This document shows positions 8,590 to 16,960 of a stretch of DNA of 64,000 bases, in pieces. Origin of the DNA: Bacillota bacterium (GTDB taxonomy: Bacteria; Bacillota_I; Bacilli_A; RFN20; CAG-826). Made by a program: the position numbers and the translations under genes. The notes below the pieces were generated by a model, which saw nothing but the letters and a program-made list of their open reading frames with translations, was not told where the DNA came from and did no database searches. The stretch covers positions 17,485 to 81,484 of the forward strand of contig DAIQMS010000002.1 of NCBI GenBank assembly GCA_036788815.1, read 5' to 3'. Within the stretch, counting starts at the first letter, position 1, and the number at the start of each line of letters is the position of its first letter.

Positions 8590-11500
8590 TTAAGCGTCAA
8601 GGCCTCCTCCAATTGCCGAAAGGTCATCAAGGAGTGCAAGATAGGCTTTCTTGCCCTCGGTGAGTTTTTGTAGGGCTTCTGCAGGGATTTTTGCTTTCTC
8701 GGTGTCGGAGAGAACCTGATAGACATCCTCGGCTTTGTAGAGGGGGTAATGGCACTTTTGAATCGAAGCGAGATCGATTTGATCGCTCCAAGCCGTAAAG
8801 GAACTCACTGTGAGTTGGCCTTGAAGATCCGCTAAGCTTCGGAGGCTGAGCGTTGGCTTCTCGGCTGTGGCATCGTAAGCAAAGGTCAAAGAGGTGTCGA
8901 GATCGCGTAGGAAGGTCTGAGTCTCGTAGAACTTCGAAGTATAAACTGCCGGGATCTGAACCGAACGGCCACCAGTGATCGCGTTCTTGATTGGGCTAAT
9001 CGAATCTCCGAGGTCCGAATAATCGTTGTCGAGGTAACTGAGCCCAGAAAGCGAATAAGCAAAGGTCTTGCCCGCTGATCCGGCGGTGGTGGCATCATAG
9101 CCAATCGTCTGACCGAAGTAAGTCGGTTGGGTCATCTCGCGGATCTTAAGGTCGCTATAGACGTTGGTGGCTTTGAGAAAACCGCCGGTCTCGTTACGGC
9201 CTAAGAGGCCTGCAACTTCTTTTTTCGAAGAAAGGACGTCCAAGGAAATCAAGGCGTTGGTGATGTTGAGGTTGGCACCGCTATTTCGCCCGATGAGGCC
9301 AGCGTGAGCTCCACTTTCGGAAATCGTGCCATCGACAATGACGTTGCTCAAGGTAGCCGTCGTTCCCGAAGCTTCGGCACCGGCCAAAAGAAGACCGCAA
9401 TGCTCTGGGCCTGAGACGGCGCTCTTTTCGATGGTCACGTTTTCGAAGAGATTTGTTCCGCCCCGGCAACGCCCAATCACCGTGGCAAAATAGCCATTGC
9501 CGCCTGTGAGGGTACTTTCCTGAGCGATTGAACAATTCGAGAAACGGACATTTTCAATCGTACAACCATAGGAATTGCCGCCTAAAACCGCGACATCATT
9601 GAAACCGGTGATATTGGCGTTTTCGAAGGCGATATTCTTCACGGTTCCGTTGAGATTGAAGAAGATGCCCGTTTTGATTGTGGTGGCGCCATTGGCATTT
9701 GAAATCGAAAGGTTCTTGACCGTGTGGCCTTGGCCATCGAGAACGCCGGTGAAGCTGCGTTGGGTCGTATCGTAATTCCAATAATAAGAAGAGAAATCGA
9801 GGTCGTTCATCAGGCGGAAAGTCGAAGCGAGAGTATCGAGCGAAGAAGACATGTCATAGAACTCTTGGCAGGTCGTGATGTTGACGACGGTGGAAATGCC
9901 TTTGGATGAAACCAGCGAGGAATTGCCGTTCGAATTAGCGATGTAGGCATAAACATCGTATTCGCCTGAATAAGAGATGCTGTCGGTGTCAAGACTGAAA
10001 GAATGGGTGGTGATAGCGCTATTGCCGCTGGTTACGTAGCCGGTTAATGTCGCTCCGCCGGAAAGGATGTCCGCTTCGGTGGGTTCGCTCGAGCCTTTTG
10101 TTAAGACGACATAGTAAAGCGTTCCATCCCCACGGTTCACATTGCCAGTCAAAGTAAGGTACCCATAAGTCGTGGATGTCGTTCCGCTTTTGACGATTCG
10201 GCTCTTGAGATAAGAAGACTTAAACTCGGAAAGGGTGACCGCGGAGTTTGCTTTGGAGAAATAGACGGTTTGGCTGATGGTCTTGCTTTCACCCGTTGAA
10301 ACCAAGGTAAAGACATACTGATAAGTTTGGCTTCCATCTTCCGCCGTGGAAGAGGAAGAAACGATGGTGTAATCGGTGTCTTTGGTTAAAATCGTGGCGG
10401 GAGAGAAACGGTTATGAACCTCGAAGGATGGATTGAGGCCGCTGATCGTTTGTCCCTCTTCGGCGAAAAGGGAAGGTTCGTAGTTCGAGATTGTCCCGAT
10501 TCCTATCGTCCGATTGGGATTCGTTGGGTTGGCTTCCGGAAGGTTGGTCAAAGCGTCGAGTTTGAGGTCAGAAAGATACGTTGTTCCGAATTGGGAGCCC
10601 TTGGCAACGTTGATTCGAATTCCGGTTACATCGCCTTTCGCTCCGCTGGTGACTCCTGAGCCACTCAGATAAGTGGAGGCTCCAGCAGTCATATCAATCC
10701 AGCTCAAAGAGGACCAATCGAAAAGCTTGAAAATCAAACGGCCTGAACTCGGCTTGAAGATAAGGCGGAAGGCCTGCCAAATGCCTTCTTCAGGCGCTTT
10801 TAAGCTGACTGGGACATAGGCTCCTGCTTCGAAATACGAATAGGTTAGCGAAGAAAGGGAGATGCCAGCGACGATGGAGGAAGAGCCGTTCAAGAGCTCG
10901 ATGGCGAGGCCATTGGTTTGCTGAGTGAAAAGGAAAGAGCCCTCGAGAACCGCCTGGTTATTGCTCGAGGCGAGAGCCGAGGATTGAACGTTGGCGCTTC
11001 GAGTATAGGAAAGCGAACTGGCGGTCCGGATGCTTTGGACGGCCAAGGCCTTCTTTGAGATCATGTTATTGATGTTGCCATCGATTTTCTCGACGGGGGT
11101 GGCGTTGCTCATTTCGGCGGAAGAACTTTGCCAGCGGAAATAATTGCTTAGTTCGACTCCGGTTTCGTATTCGCTGAAATCTTCGCTCATGGCCAAAGGT
11201 AAATCCGACTCTTGAGCCGATCCTTTTTTAAGAACAACACCCGCAAAATCCTTGCTCGCGCCGACAGAACCAGAAAGGGTGGCTGTCGCCGTGAGAACGA
11301 AGGATTGATTCGTGTCGCTTCGGGTGACCTTGGCCACATAGCCTGCGGCGCTGTCGGTTGTGACTTTGATGGCGGTGGAATTCGAAGAAGTCCAACTGAT
11401 CTTGGCGCTATATTGTCCCAAATAAGGAAGGCGGAATGAGGAGACGACGTTTTGAAGGTCGACGTTGAGATCGATTAGATTGAGCGCTTCGGCGCATTTG

Positions 11501-11622
11501 CCGTCATTGGCGTCTTCGGCAAGAAGCGCTTGATTTCCAGACGAAACCCCTGCAAAAGTCGCACCGATTCCCCCAATCGCGCATAAAGCCCCTAAAGAGA
11601 GGAAGAGCAATTTCCTTTTCAT
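8590..11622 (-). CDS. large secreted GLUG-motif / parallel beta-helix repeat protein (putative surface polysaccharide-active enzyme or adhesin)
   Basis: Signal peptide MKRKLLFLSLGALCAIGGIGA. Repeated beta-helix-like N-rich rungs (NANITGF, NVRFSNC, NVTIEKS). GLUG-type motifs (AGLIGRNSG, AGLLGRNETGG). Start overlaps the stop of the upstream lyase gene, suggesting translational coupling. Confidence 0.65.
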   Translation of the reverse strand: MKRKLLFLSLGALCAIGGIGATFAGVSSGNQALLAEDANDGKCAEALNLIDLNVDLQNVVSSFRLPYLGQYSAKISWTSSNSTAIKVTTDSAAGYVAKVTRSDTNQSFVLTATATLSGSVGASKDFAGVVLKKGSAQESDLPLAMSEDFSEYETGVELSNYFRWQSSSAEMSNATPVEKIDGNINNMISKKALAVQSIRTASSLSYTRSANVQSSALASSNNQAVLEGSFLFTQQTNGLAIELLNGSSSIVAGISLSSLTYSYFEAGAYVPVSLKAPEEGIWQAFRLIFKPSSGRLIFKLFDWSSLSWIDMTAGASTYLSGSGVTSGAKGDVTGIRINVAKGSQFGTTYLSDLKLDALTNLPEANPTNPNRTIGIGTISNYEPSLFAEEGQTISGLNPSFEVHNRFSPATILTKDTDYTIVSSSSTAEDGSQTYQYVFTLVSTGESKTISQTVYFSKANSAVTLSEFKSSYLKSRIVKSGTTSTTYGYLTLTGNVNRGDGTLYYVVLTKGSSEPTEADILSGGATLTGYVTSGNSAITTHSFSLDTDSISYSGEYDVYAYIANSNGNSSLVSSKGISTVVNITTCQEFYDMSSSLDTLASTFRLMNDLDFSSYYWNYDTTQRSFTGVLDGQGHTVKNLSISNANGATTIKTGIFFNLNGTVKNIAFENANITGFNDVAVLGGNSYGCTIENVRFSNCSIAQESTLTGGNGYFATVIGRCRGGTNLFENVTIEKSAVSGPEHCGLLLAGAEASGTTATLSNVIVDGTISESGAHAGLIGRNSGANLNITNALISLDVLSSKKEVAGLLGRNETGGFLKATNVYSDLKIREMTQPTYFGQTIGYDATTAGSAGKTFAYSLSGLSYLDNDYSDLGDSISPIKNAITGGRSVQIPAVYTSKFYETQTFLRDLDTSLTFAYDATAEKPTLSLRSLADLQGQLTVSSFTAWSDQIDLASIQKCHYPLYKAEDVYQVLSDTEKAKIPAEALQKLTEGKKAYLALLDDLSAIGGGLDA

Positions 11623-11623
11623 G

Positions 11624-13087
11624 TTATTTGTCCTCCCCGTTCAAATGGGCGCCCAAGATGGAGCCATCGGATCCCATTGTGTAGAATGGCGAGGATGTTT
11701 TGACTTTGAGGAAGCCGTGGAGATTAATCGTTCCATCGGCATTCCGGAGGGTGTGGTGGATGTCCACGTGAGTGGAGGCCTCTACGCCACTCGAAGCCAT
11801 TGGTTGTGGGGTGGTTTCGCTTTCAAAAGGATCGCTGATGGTTTGAGAGATCAGCGTGCCTCGGAGGGCATTCTTCGAATAATCGCACTCATCGATCGCC
11901 CCGAACTTAAGCATCGCCAAACCCGAATAGAAGACGGAATACTGAGCGTTTCCTCGATATTGGTCTTTGGAATTTGCCAAAGCGGTTTTTCCAGTGACCG
12001 GGCTCGTCCGATTGCCATCGCAATATGAAAGGACGTTTTTAAAGGTGTTATAAGAGGTAGAGGCATCCCGACAAAGATTGATATTGCCGCATTCCCAATC
12101 CCGAACCGCGTTGTTATAGGATGTGCAATTGGTGAGTGAGATCGTTCCTGGATTGGAATTATCGGTAAAGCCATGAGCCGAGTTATTGAAAGCGATGCAG
12201 TTGATGACTTTATGGGAAACGGGGATGACCTCGCCTCCGAGCTTGAAGCCATTGCCATCGGAATTGGCGGTGCCAATGCCATAGGTGGTCATGCCGTTAT
12301 TGAATGCGACGCAGTTCTGGAGCGTCACCGGTCCGATTGGGCCGCTTTCGGATTTTGCGTAGAGATCCCAGCCATCATCGACATTGTTATAAGAGATGCA
12401 ACCATCGAAAACATTGCCATATCCCGTCGTGAGCTTGCAGGCGAATCCATCCGCATCTTCACCGGTCGGGTCGTGGTTATCATGAGAAGTGCAATGAAGG
12501 ATCAGGTTATTCGTCGGCCATTTATCCAACGTATTATCTGAACTCGAACGCCGACCGAGCTGAAGGCCGGAATCCTGGCAATCATGAATCTCGATGTTCT
12601 CGATGGTGTTGTGGTTGCCACCAATATAGACGCCGTTATCGCCCGCCCCTTTGACTTCAAAATCCTTGGCGTGCCAATACTGGGTGTTGAAACTCAATCC
12701 GCGATTGGCTGAATTGAAGGTCATTCCGGAGAAATCGAAAATGACTTTGGCTTCGGTGCCATCGTCTTTGGTCGCGGGCATGAGCGTCTTCATCTCCGAG
12801 GCACTCGCGGCCGGGAGTAAATCCGTCGTTGAATCAATCTTGATTGGATAGGAATAGGCGTAGGTGCCTTCCATGAGGAAAATCGTTTTGCCCGGATGAA
12901 GCAAAGTGATGGCATAGGCCAAGGTATAGGGGTTCGCTTTCGTCCCCGCCCCATCGGTACCCTTCCCCGTTGGGGAAACATAAAGATCCGATCCTTCATC
13001 GCCCTCGCCTTTGACATTGGCGCCTCCGCAGCTTAAAAGTACGCCAGACATCATCAATACCCATCCGAAATAAAAATGCTTTTTCAT
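11624..13087 (-). CDS. lipoprotein, DUF1565/right-handed beta-helix pectate-lyase-like protein (PL9-like candidate)
   Basis: Lipobox LLSCGG. N-terminal signature LYVSPTGKG.DGAGTKANPYTLAYAITLLHPGKTIFLMEGTY, typical of the DUF1565/PL9 N-terminus. PbH1 rungs (GNHNTIENIEIHDCQDSGL, NCVAFNN, NCIAFNN, NCTSYNN). Start ATG 13087 is preceded by an AAAAGGAAAAG SD. The track start at 13228 is a long upstream extension. Confidence 0.6.
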   Translation of the reverse strand: MKKHFYFGWVLMMSGVLLSCGGANVKGEGDEGSDLYVSPTGKGTDGAGTKANPYTLAYAITLLHPGKTIFLMEGTYAYSYPIKIDSTTDLLPAASASEMKTLMPATKDDGTEAKVIFDFSGMTFNSANRGLSFNTQYWHAKDFEVKGAGDNGVYIGGNHNTIENIEIHDCQDSGLQLGRRSSSDNTLDKWPTNNLILHCTSHDNHDPTGEDADGFACKLTTGYGNVFDGCISYNNVDDGWDLYAKSESGPIGPVTLQNCVAFNNGMTTYGIGTANSDGNGFKLGGEVIPVSHKVINCIAFNNSAHGFTDNSNPGTISLTNCTSYNNAVRDWECGNINLCRDASTSYNTFKNVLSYCDGNRTSPVTGKTALANSKDQYRGNAQYSVFYSGLAMLKFGAIDECDYSKNALRGTLISQTISDPFESETTPQPMASSGVEASTHVDIHHTLRNADGTINLHGFLKVKTSSPFYTMGSDGSILGAHLNGEDK

Positions 13088-13158
13088 CGGTAAAACTTTT
13101 CCTTTTGCGCGTTCAGTATAACACTCGATAAAATGGCTAAAAATCATCCGAAAAACTC

Positions 13159-13175
13159 TTGTGCTGACCGCACAT
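13159..13175. promoter_or_regulatory. candidate GntR/FCD operator TTGTGCTGACCGCACAT in the divergent region between the lyase operon and the Ser-rich lipoprotein gene
   Basis: Inverted-repeat arms TTGTGC/GCACA with a 5-bp spacer. Same geometry as the site at 2059-2075. Confidence 0.45.
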
Positions 13176-13241
13176 ATTTTCCTTGGAAACTTGGTAAGGA
13201 AAAGACCTGAGTTATAGAATGAGCCCAAAGAAGGTTCTTTT

Positions 13242-14441
13242 ATGAAGAAAACAAGTCTTTCGCTTTTGGTTCTTGCCTCGGCTTTGCTCTTGGCTGGCTG
13301 CGGAAAAACGAGTGTGAGTTCTCCGGTGGCTTCCTCGGCGACCCCAGCCTCATCTCAGGCAGCATCCTCTGCGCTGGCGGCGTCCTCGTCGAGCTCTTCT
13401 CCGGCAGTCACCTCTTCAAGTTCGTCTTCCAGTTCCTCGGTGGTCGAGTCTTCGTCTTCCTCTTCTTCGACCGTTCAGGAGCATGATGTGACCGTGAATC
13501 TAGACGTGGCAAAAATGGTCACCGCTTTTTCCGCCCTTACGACAGAACAGTATCACGCCGATAGTAGTGGCAACAAAATCGCGAATCCAGGCATCGAAGT
13601 CAAGGATGACTTCTTCTCGGGTTTTGGCATTGGCGTTGATGCCTCAAAAGGCGTCATTTCCCGTGGCGCAAGCGATGTTGCGACTCTTGACCATCTTATT
13701 CGTTTTACGACGATCGGCGCTGGCTCGATTTACTTAGAGTGCAAATCGGGCACAGGCAAGTCTGTTCGGAACCTTTACCTTGCTGAGAAAGTGGGAGATG
13801 GCTTCAAAGTTCTGAATTGTCAAAAAGAAACGATGAAGGCCAGCGATGCCACCAAGTCCGATACCCTTAAGCCGACCTTCGCTCTTCCGGAAGCGGCGAC
13901 GTATTACGTTTTGACGACCGACAACAGCCAAATTAATAATGTTGCGGTGACCTATGACGAAAACAACGTCAAGGTTGTGACTCCGGATGTCTATGCTCCG
14001 ACCGCCGCTGATCCCTTGATTTTTGATCCGATGGAATATTACCCCATGGCGAGCATTCCTACTGGAACCGCCTTTGGTAGTTTCAGTGTTGTGGGCGCGG
14101 CCTCGTCTCTTGAAATGATGTCGAGCCGCACCATTGGCTCTGAAGCCGGGCCGTGCCATTCGATGGAACTTACTTTGCCGACGACCGATAAAATCTCCTT
14201 CACCACAACGGCGGCGATGACTGTCATGATTTACGCGGAAAGCAACGGCGATGTCGCCGGGAATTGGTCCTGTGTAGATTCGGCAGGAACGGTGGTGACG
14301 ATTGCCTCTCCGAGTTTTGCGACTTCGGATGATGCCAAAAAGAAGCCGGCTGCCGTGACCTTCAACGTTCCCACGGCTGGGACTTATTCGCTTTCGGCCG
14401 ATCAGAAGGCCTTTGTCTTCTATGCTTCGTTAGCTGCCTAA
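13242..14441 (+). CDS. Ser-rich surface lipoprotein of unknown function
   Basis: Lipobox LLLAGCG, followed by a long poly-Ser/Ala linker and then a globular domain. Confidence 0.7.
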   Translation: MKKTSLSLLVLASALLLAGCGKTSVSSPVASSATPASSQAASSALAASSSSSSPAVTSSSSSSSSSVVESSSSSSSTVQEHDVTVNLDVAKMVTAFSALTTEQYHADSSGNKIANPGIEVKDDFFSGFGIGVDASKGVISRGASDVATLDHLIRFTTIGAGSIYLECKSGTGKSVRNLYLAEKVGDGFKVLNCQKETMKASDATKSDTLKPTFALPEAATYYVLTTDNSQINNVAVTYDENNVKVVTPDVYAPTAADPLIFDPMEYYPMASIPTGTAFGSFSVVGAASSLEMMSSRTIGSEAGPCHSMELTLPTTDKISFTTTAAMTVMIYAESNGDVAGNWSCVDSAGTVVTIASPSFATSDDAKKKPAAVTFNVPTAGTYSLSADQKAFVFYASLAA

Positions 14442-14458
14442 TCGTTTCTTTAAAAAAT

Positions 14459-14487
14459 AGCCTTCCTTCTTGAGAAGGCTTTTTTTG
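14459..14487 (+). terminator. rho-independent terminator
   Basis: Stem AGCCTTC/GAAGGCT followed by TTTTTTT, just after the stop at 14441. Confidence 0.7.
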
Positions 14488-14521
14488 GACTTTTTCCCTT
14501 CGCTATGCTTATGATTGTGTC

Positions 14522-15385
14522 GTGAAAAAAATCAGGATCATCGTTCGGAGTTTGGCTTTCATCGGGGTCGTTTTCACCGGTTTTGGCTTTTACTATTACA
14601 GTCATAACGATGATTCCTTGGCCGTCACCCGTTACGATGTGATCTCGGCGAAATACACAGGAACGAAGGACTTTAAAATCATTCAGCTTTCGGATTTCCA
14701 TAATCACTCTTTGAAGTATTCCGGCGAGGATTTGCTGGAGATAATTGCCCAGGAGAACCCCGACGTGATCGTTTCGACGGGGGATTTTATCGACAACCAT
14801 ACCCGCAACTTCTCGATGCTTGATGCGATGGTGGCGAGCTGGGAGAAAAAAGGAATCCCGTTCTATTACGTCGATGGCAACCACGAACGGAAGGCTCCGA
14901 AAGAAATTACGGACAAAGAACACGCGATTTTCGATCGCTGGGGCAAGAATCTCAATCAAAGCAAAATCAATCTTGGGAACGGCATTCAGCTTTATGGGGT
15001 GCGTGATCCGGCGGCCAAAGGCGTCTACGAATGGGCCTATACCGGTTCTTACGAAGGCGATGTCCCTCAGCAATTAGCAACGCTCAAAGACGGTTTTGAC
15101 GCCTCGTCTTATAACATTCTTTTGTGCCATCGGCCGGACCTTTTCCATCTGGCCGAGAAAAACGGTTATGACTTGATGTTTGCCGGCCATACCCATGGTG
15201 GTCAGATCCTCTTGGGCAAATGGGCGGTCGCGGTTTATCCGTGGACCGAATATGTCGCTGGCTCCTACACGAAAGGGAAAAGCCAGCTTCTCGTTTCCCG
15301 CGGTTTGGGCGAATCGTATAACCTCCCAGTTCGGCATAATTGCCGAGCTGAGATTGTGGTTACCACAATAAAAAGCAAGGCTTGA
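14522..15385 (+). CDS. membrane-anchored metallophosphoesterase (calcineurin-like)
   Basis: N-terminal TM helix. Motifs QLSDFH, STGDFID and GNHE. GTG start as given in the track. Confidence 0.75.
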   Translation: MKKIRIIVRSLAFIGVVFTGFGFYYYSHNDDSLAVTRYDVISAKYTGTKDFKIIQLSDFHNHSLKYSGEDLLEIIAQENPDVIVSTGDFIDNHTRNFSMLDAMVASWEKKGIPFYYVDGNHERKAPKEITDKEHAIFDRWGKNLNQSKINLGNGIQLYGVRDPAAKGVYEWAYTGSYEGDVPQQLATLKDGFDASSYNILLCHRPDLFHLAEKNGYDLMFAGHTHGGQILLGKWAVAVYPWTEYVAGSYTKGKSQLLVSRGLGESYNLPVRHNCRAEIVVTTIKSKA

Positions 15386-15410
15386 GGGTCGAAGTTTGCT
15401 ACAATATCTC

Positions 15411-15438
15411 AAGAGCCATAAAGGCTCTTCGGTTTTTT
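15411..15438 (+). terminator. hairpin plus U-tract (terminator and/or 5'-terminal stem-loop of the downstream transcript)
   Basis: Stem AAGAGCC/GGCTCTT with T6, ending 1 nt before ATG 15440. An extended -10-like TGCTACAAT at 15397-15405 lies just upstream. Confidence 0.5.
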
Positions 15439-15439
15439 A

Positions 15440-16957
15440 ATGGACGAAACAACTACCCGGATTCCCGAAGGCGAGAGTCCGAAAAAGAAAAAATCATCGA
15501 AGTACTGGCTGAGCATCTCTGTCGTTTTGGTGATGACCGCCCTCTCTTTGGTGTTCTCACTTTATAACGCCGGCGAAGGCGATATCGCTAAAGGCGGCGC
15601 CTACATTTACGACGCGCTTAAAGGCTGCAATCCTTGGTGGCTTTTGGCAATTGCCCTTCTCGTGATTGCCTCGTATTTCCTCGATGGCATCGTCATTCAG
15701 GTCTTCTGCCGTCTTTATACGCGGCACTACAAATGGCATCAGGGCGTCTCGAACGCGATGATCGGCGCTTTCTATAACGACGTCACCCCAGGCGCCTCGG
15801 GCGGCCAGGTCATGCAGGTCTACACGATGAAGAAGCAGGGGATCGAGATCTCGAACGCCGCTTCGATCATGGTCATGTGGTTCATTCTGTATCAGGTCTC
15901 AATGATTTTCTTCGATATCCTCGCCATCATCTTCGAGTGGGATGCCATCATGGCGATCAAGAGTTTCCAGATTCCGAACTTCTCGCTTTTCGGCTGGGAC
16001 GGAACGATCTCAATGCTGCCGCTTATCATCATCGGATTCGGGTTGAACCTCTCAATCATCGCCTTGCTCTTCCTCATGAGCTATTCCCATAAGTTCCATA
16101 ACTTCATCATGCATTACGGCATCGGCCTTGGCGCCAAGCTTCACCTTGTCAAGAATCCGGACAAGACGAGAGAAAACCTCCGAGTTCAGGTCGAAAATTT
16201 CAAAATCGAGTTGACCCGTCTTCAGGCCAACGTTCCGGTCACCGTTTTGATTTTCTTGCTCTTCTTCGTGATCCAGATCATCCGTACCTCGATTCCATAT
16301 TTCGCTGGCTTGGCCCTCGATGCCTATGGCTATGGCGCGACCTTCGATTTCACTTTGATGATGGATTCCTGCTTCCGAAGCGCCTTCCACCAAATGGTCA
16401 CTGGCCTCTTCCCGTTACCAGGAAGCGCTGGCGTATCCGAGCTTTTCTTCTCGGCGATGTATTCGAATTACTATGTCGAGACCTGCGCGGTCGTCAATGG
16501 GTCGCTCCAGATTATCCGAACTGCCTCCGCGAATATGGCGACCGCCAACATTTTGTGGCGGGTCGCGACCTTCCACTTGGTCGTCGTGGTTTCGGGTTTC
16601 TTTGCCGCTCTTTATCATTCCCGTCCCCACGAGGATTACCATTATGCCAACCGCCAGACCTTCGTCGATCTCCAGCTGGAGACCTTCGAGGAACGAAAAC
16701 TTTCTTCCGATACGCTTTATGAGACCAAACAGCTTTCCCGCAAAGAGATTCAGAAGCGGCTCCAAGGCTTGAATCCGGTGGCCCGCGACCCCGATGCAGT
16801 CGGGGGAGATGGGACCACGCTCGCACCGAAGAAGCCTTCTTTCTTCGCGCCGAAAGAAACCCCGAAGACGCCCGATGCGCCAGTGGTAGATAAAAAGAAA
16901 GGCGATGAGACTCCCATGAAGAAAAAGAAATGGGATTCCATCGATATCGATGACTGA
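15440..16957 (+). CDS. flippase-like (lysylphosphatidylglycerol-synthase TM-domain, UPF0104) membrane protein with disordered C-terminal tail
   Basis: Multi-TM protein with a GASGGQVMQVY motif characteristic of the flippase-like domain. Hydrophilic K/P/E-rich C-terminus. Adjacent to a GT4 gene. Confidence 0.7.
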   Translation: MDETTTRIPEGESPKKKKSSKYWLSISVVLVMTALSLVFSLYNAGEGDIAKGGAYIYDALKGCNPWWLLAIALLVIASYFLDGIVIQVFCRLYTRHYKWHQGVSNAMIGAFYNDVTPGASGGQVMQVYTMKKQGIEISNAASIMVMWFILYQVSMIFFDILAIIFEWDAIMAIKSFQIPNFSLFGWDGTISMLPLIIIGFGLNLSIIALLFLMSYSHKFHNFIMHYGIGLGAKLHLVKNPDKTRENLRVQVENFKIELTRLQANVPVTVLIFLLFFVIQIIRTSIPYFAGLALDAYGYGATFDFTLMMDSCFRSAFHQMVTGLFPLPGSAGVSELFFSAMYSNYYVETCAVVNGSLQIIRTASANMATANILWRVATFHLVVVVSGFFAALYHSRPHEDYHYANRQTFVDLQLETFEERKLSSDTLYETKQLSRKEIQKRLQGLNPVARDPDAVGGDGTTLAPKKPSFFAPKETPKTPDAPVVDKKKGDETPMKKKKWDSIDIDD

Positions 16958-16960
16958 GTT

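Noticed and set aside
8590-13087. Reading the large beta-helix genes as prophage tail-fibre or tailspike genes
   Set aside because: No phage structural, integrase or lysis genes nearby. Lipobox and signal peptides plus linkage to kdu/kdg catabolism and a shared operator favour a polysaccharide-utilisation role.
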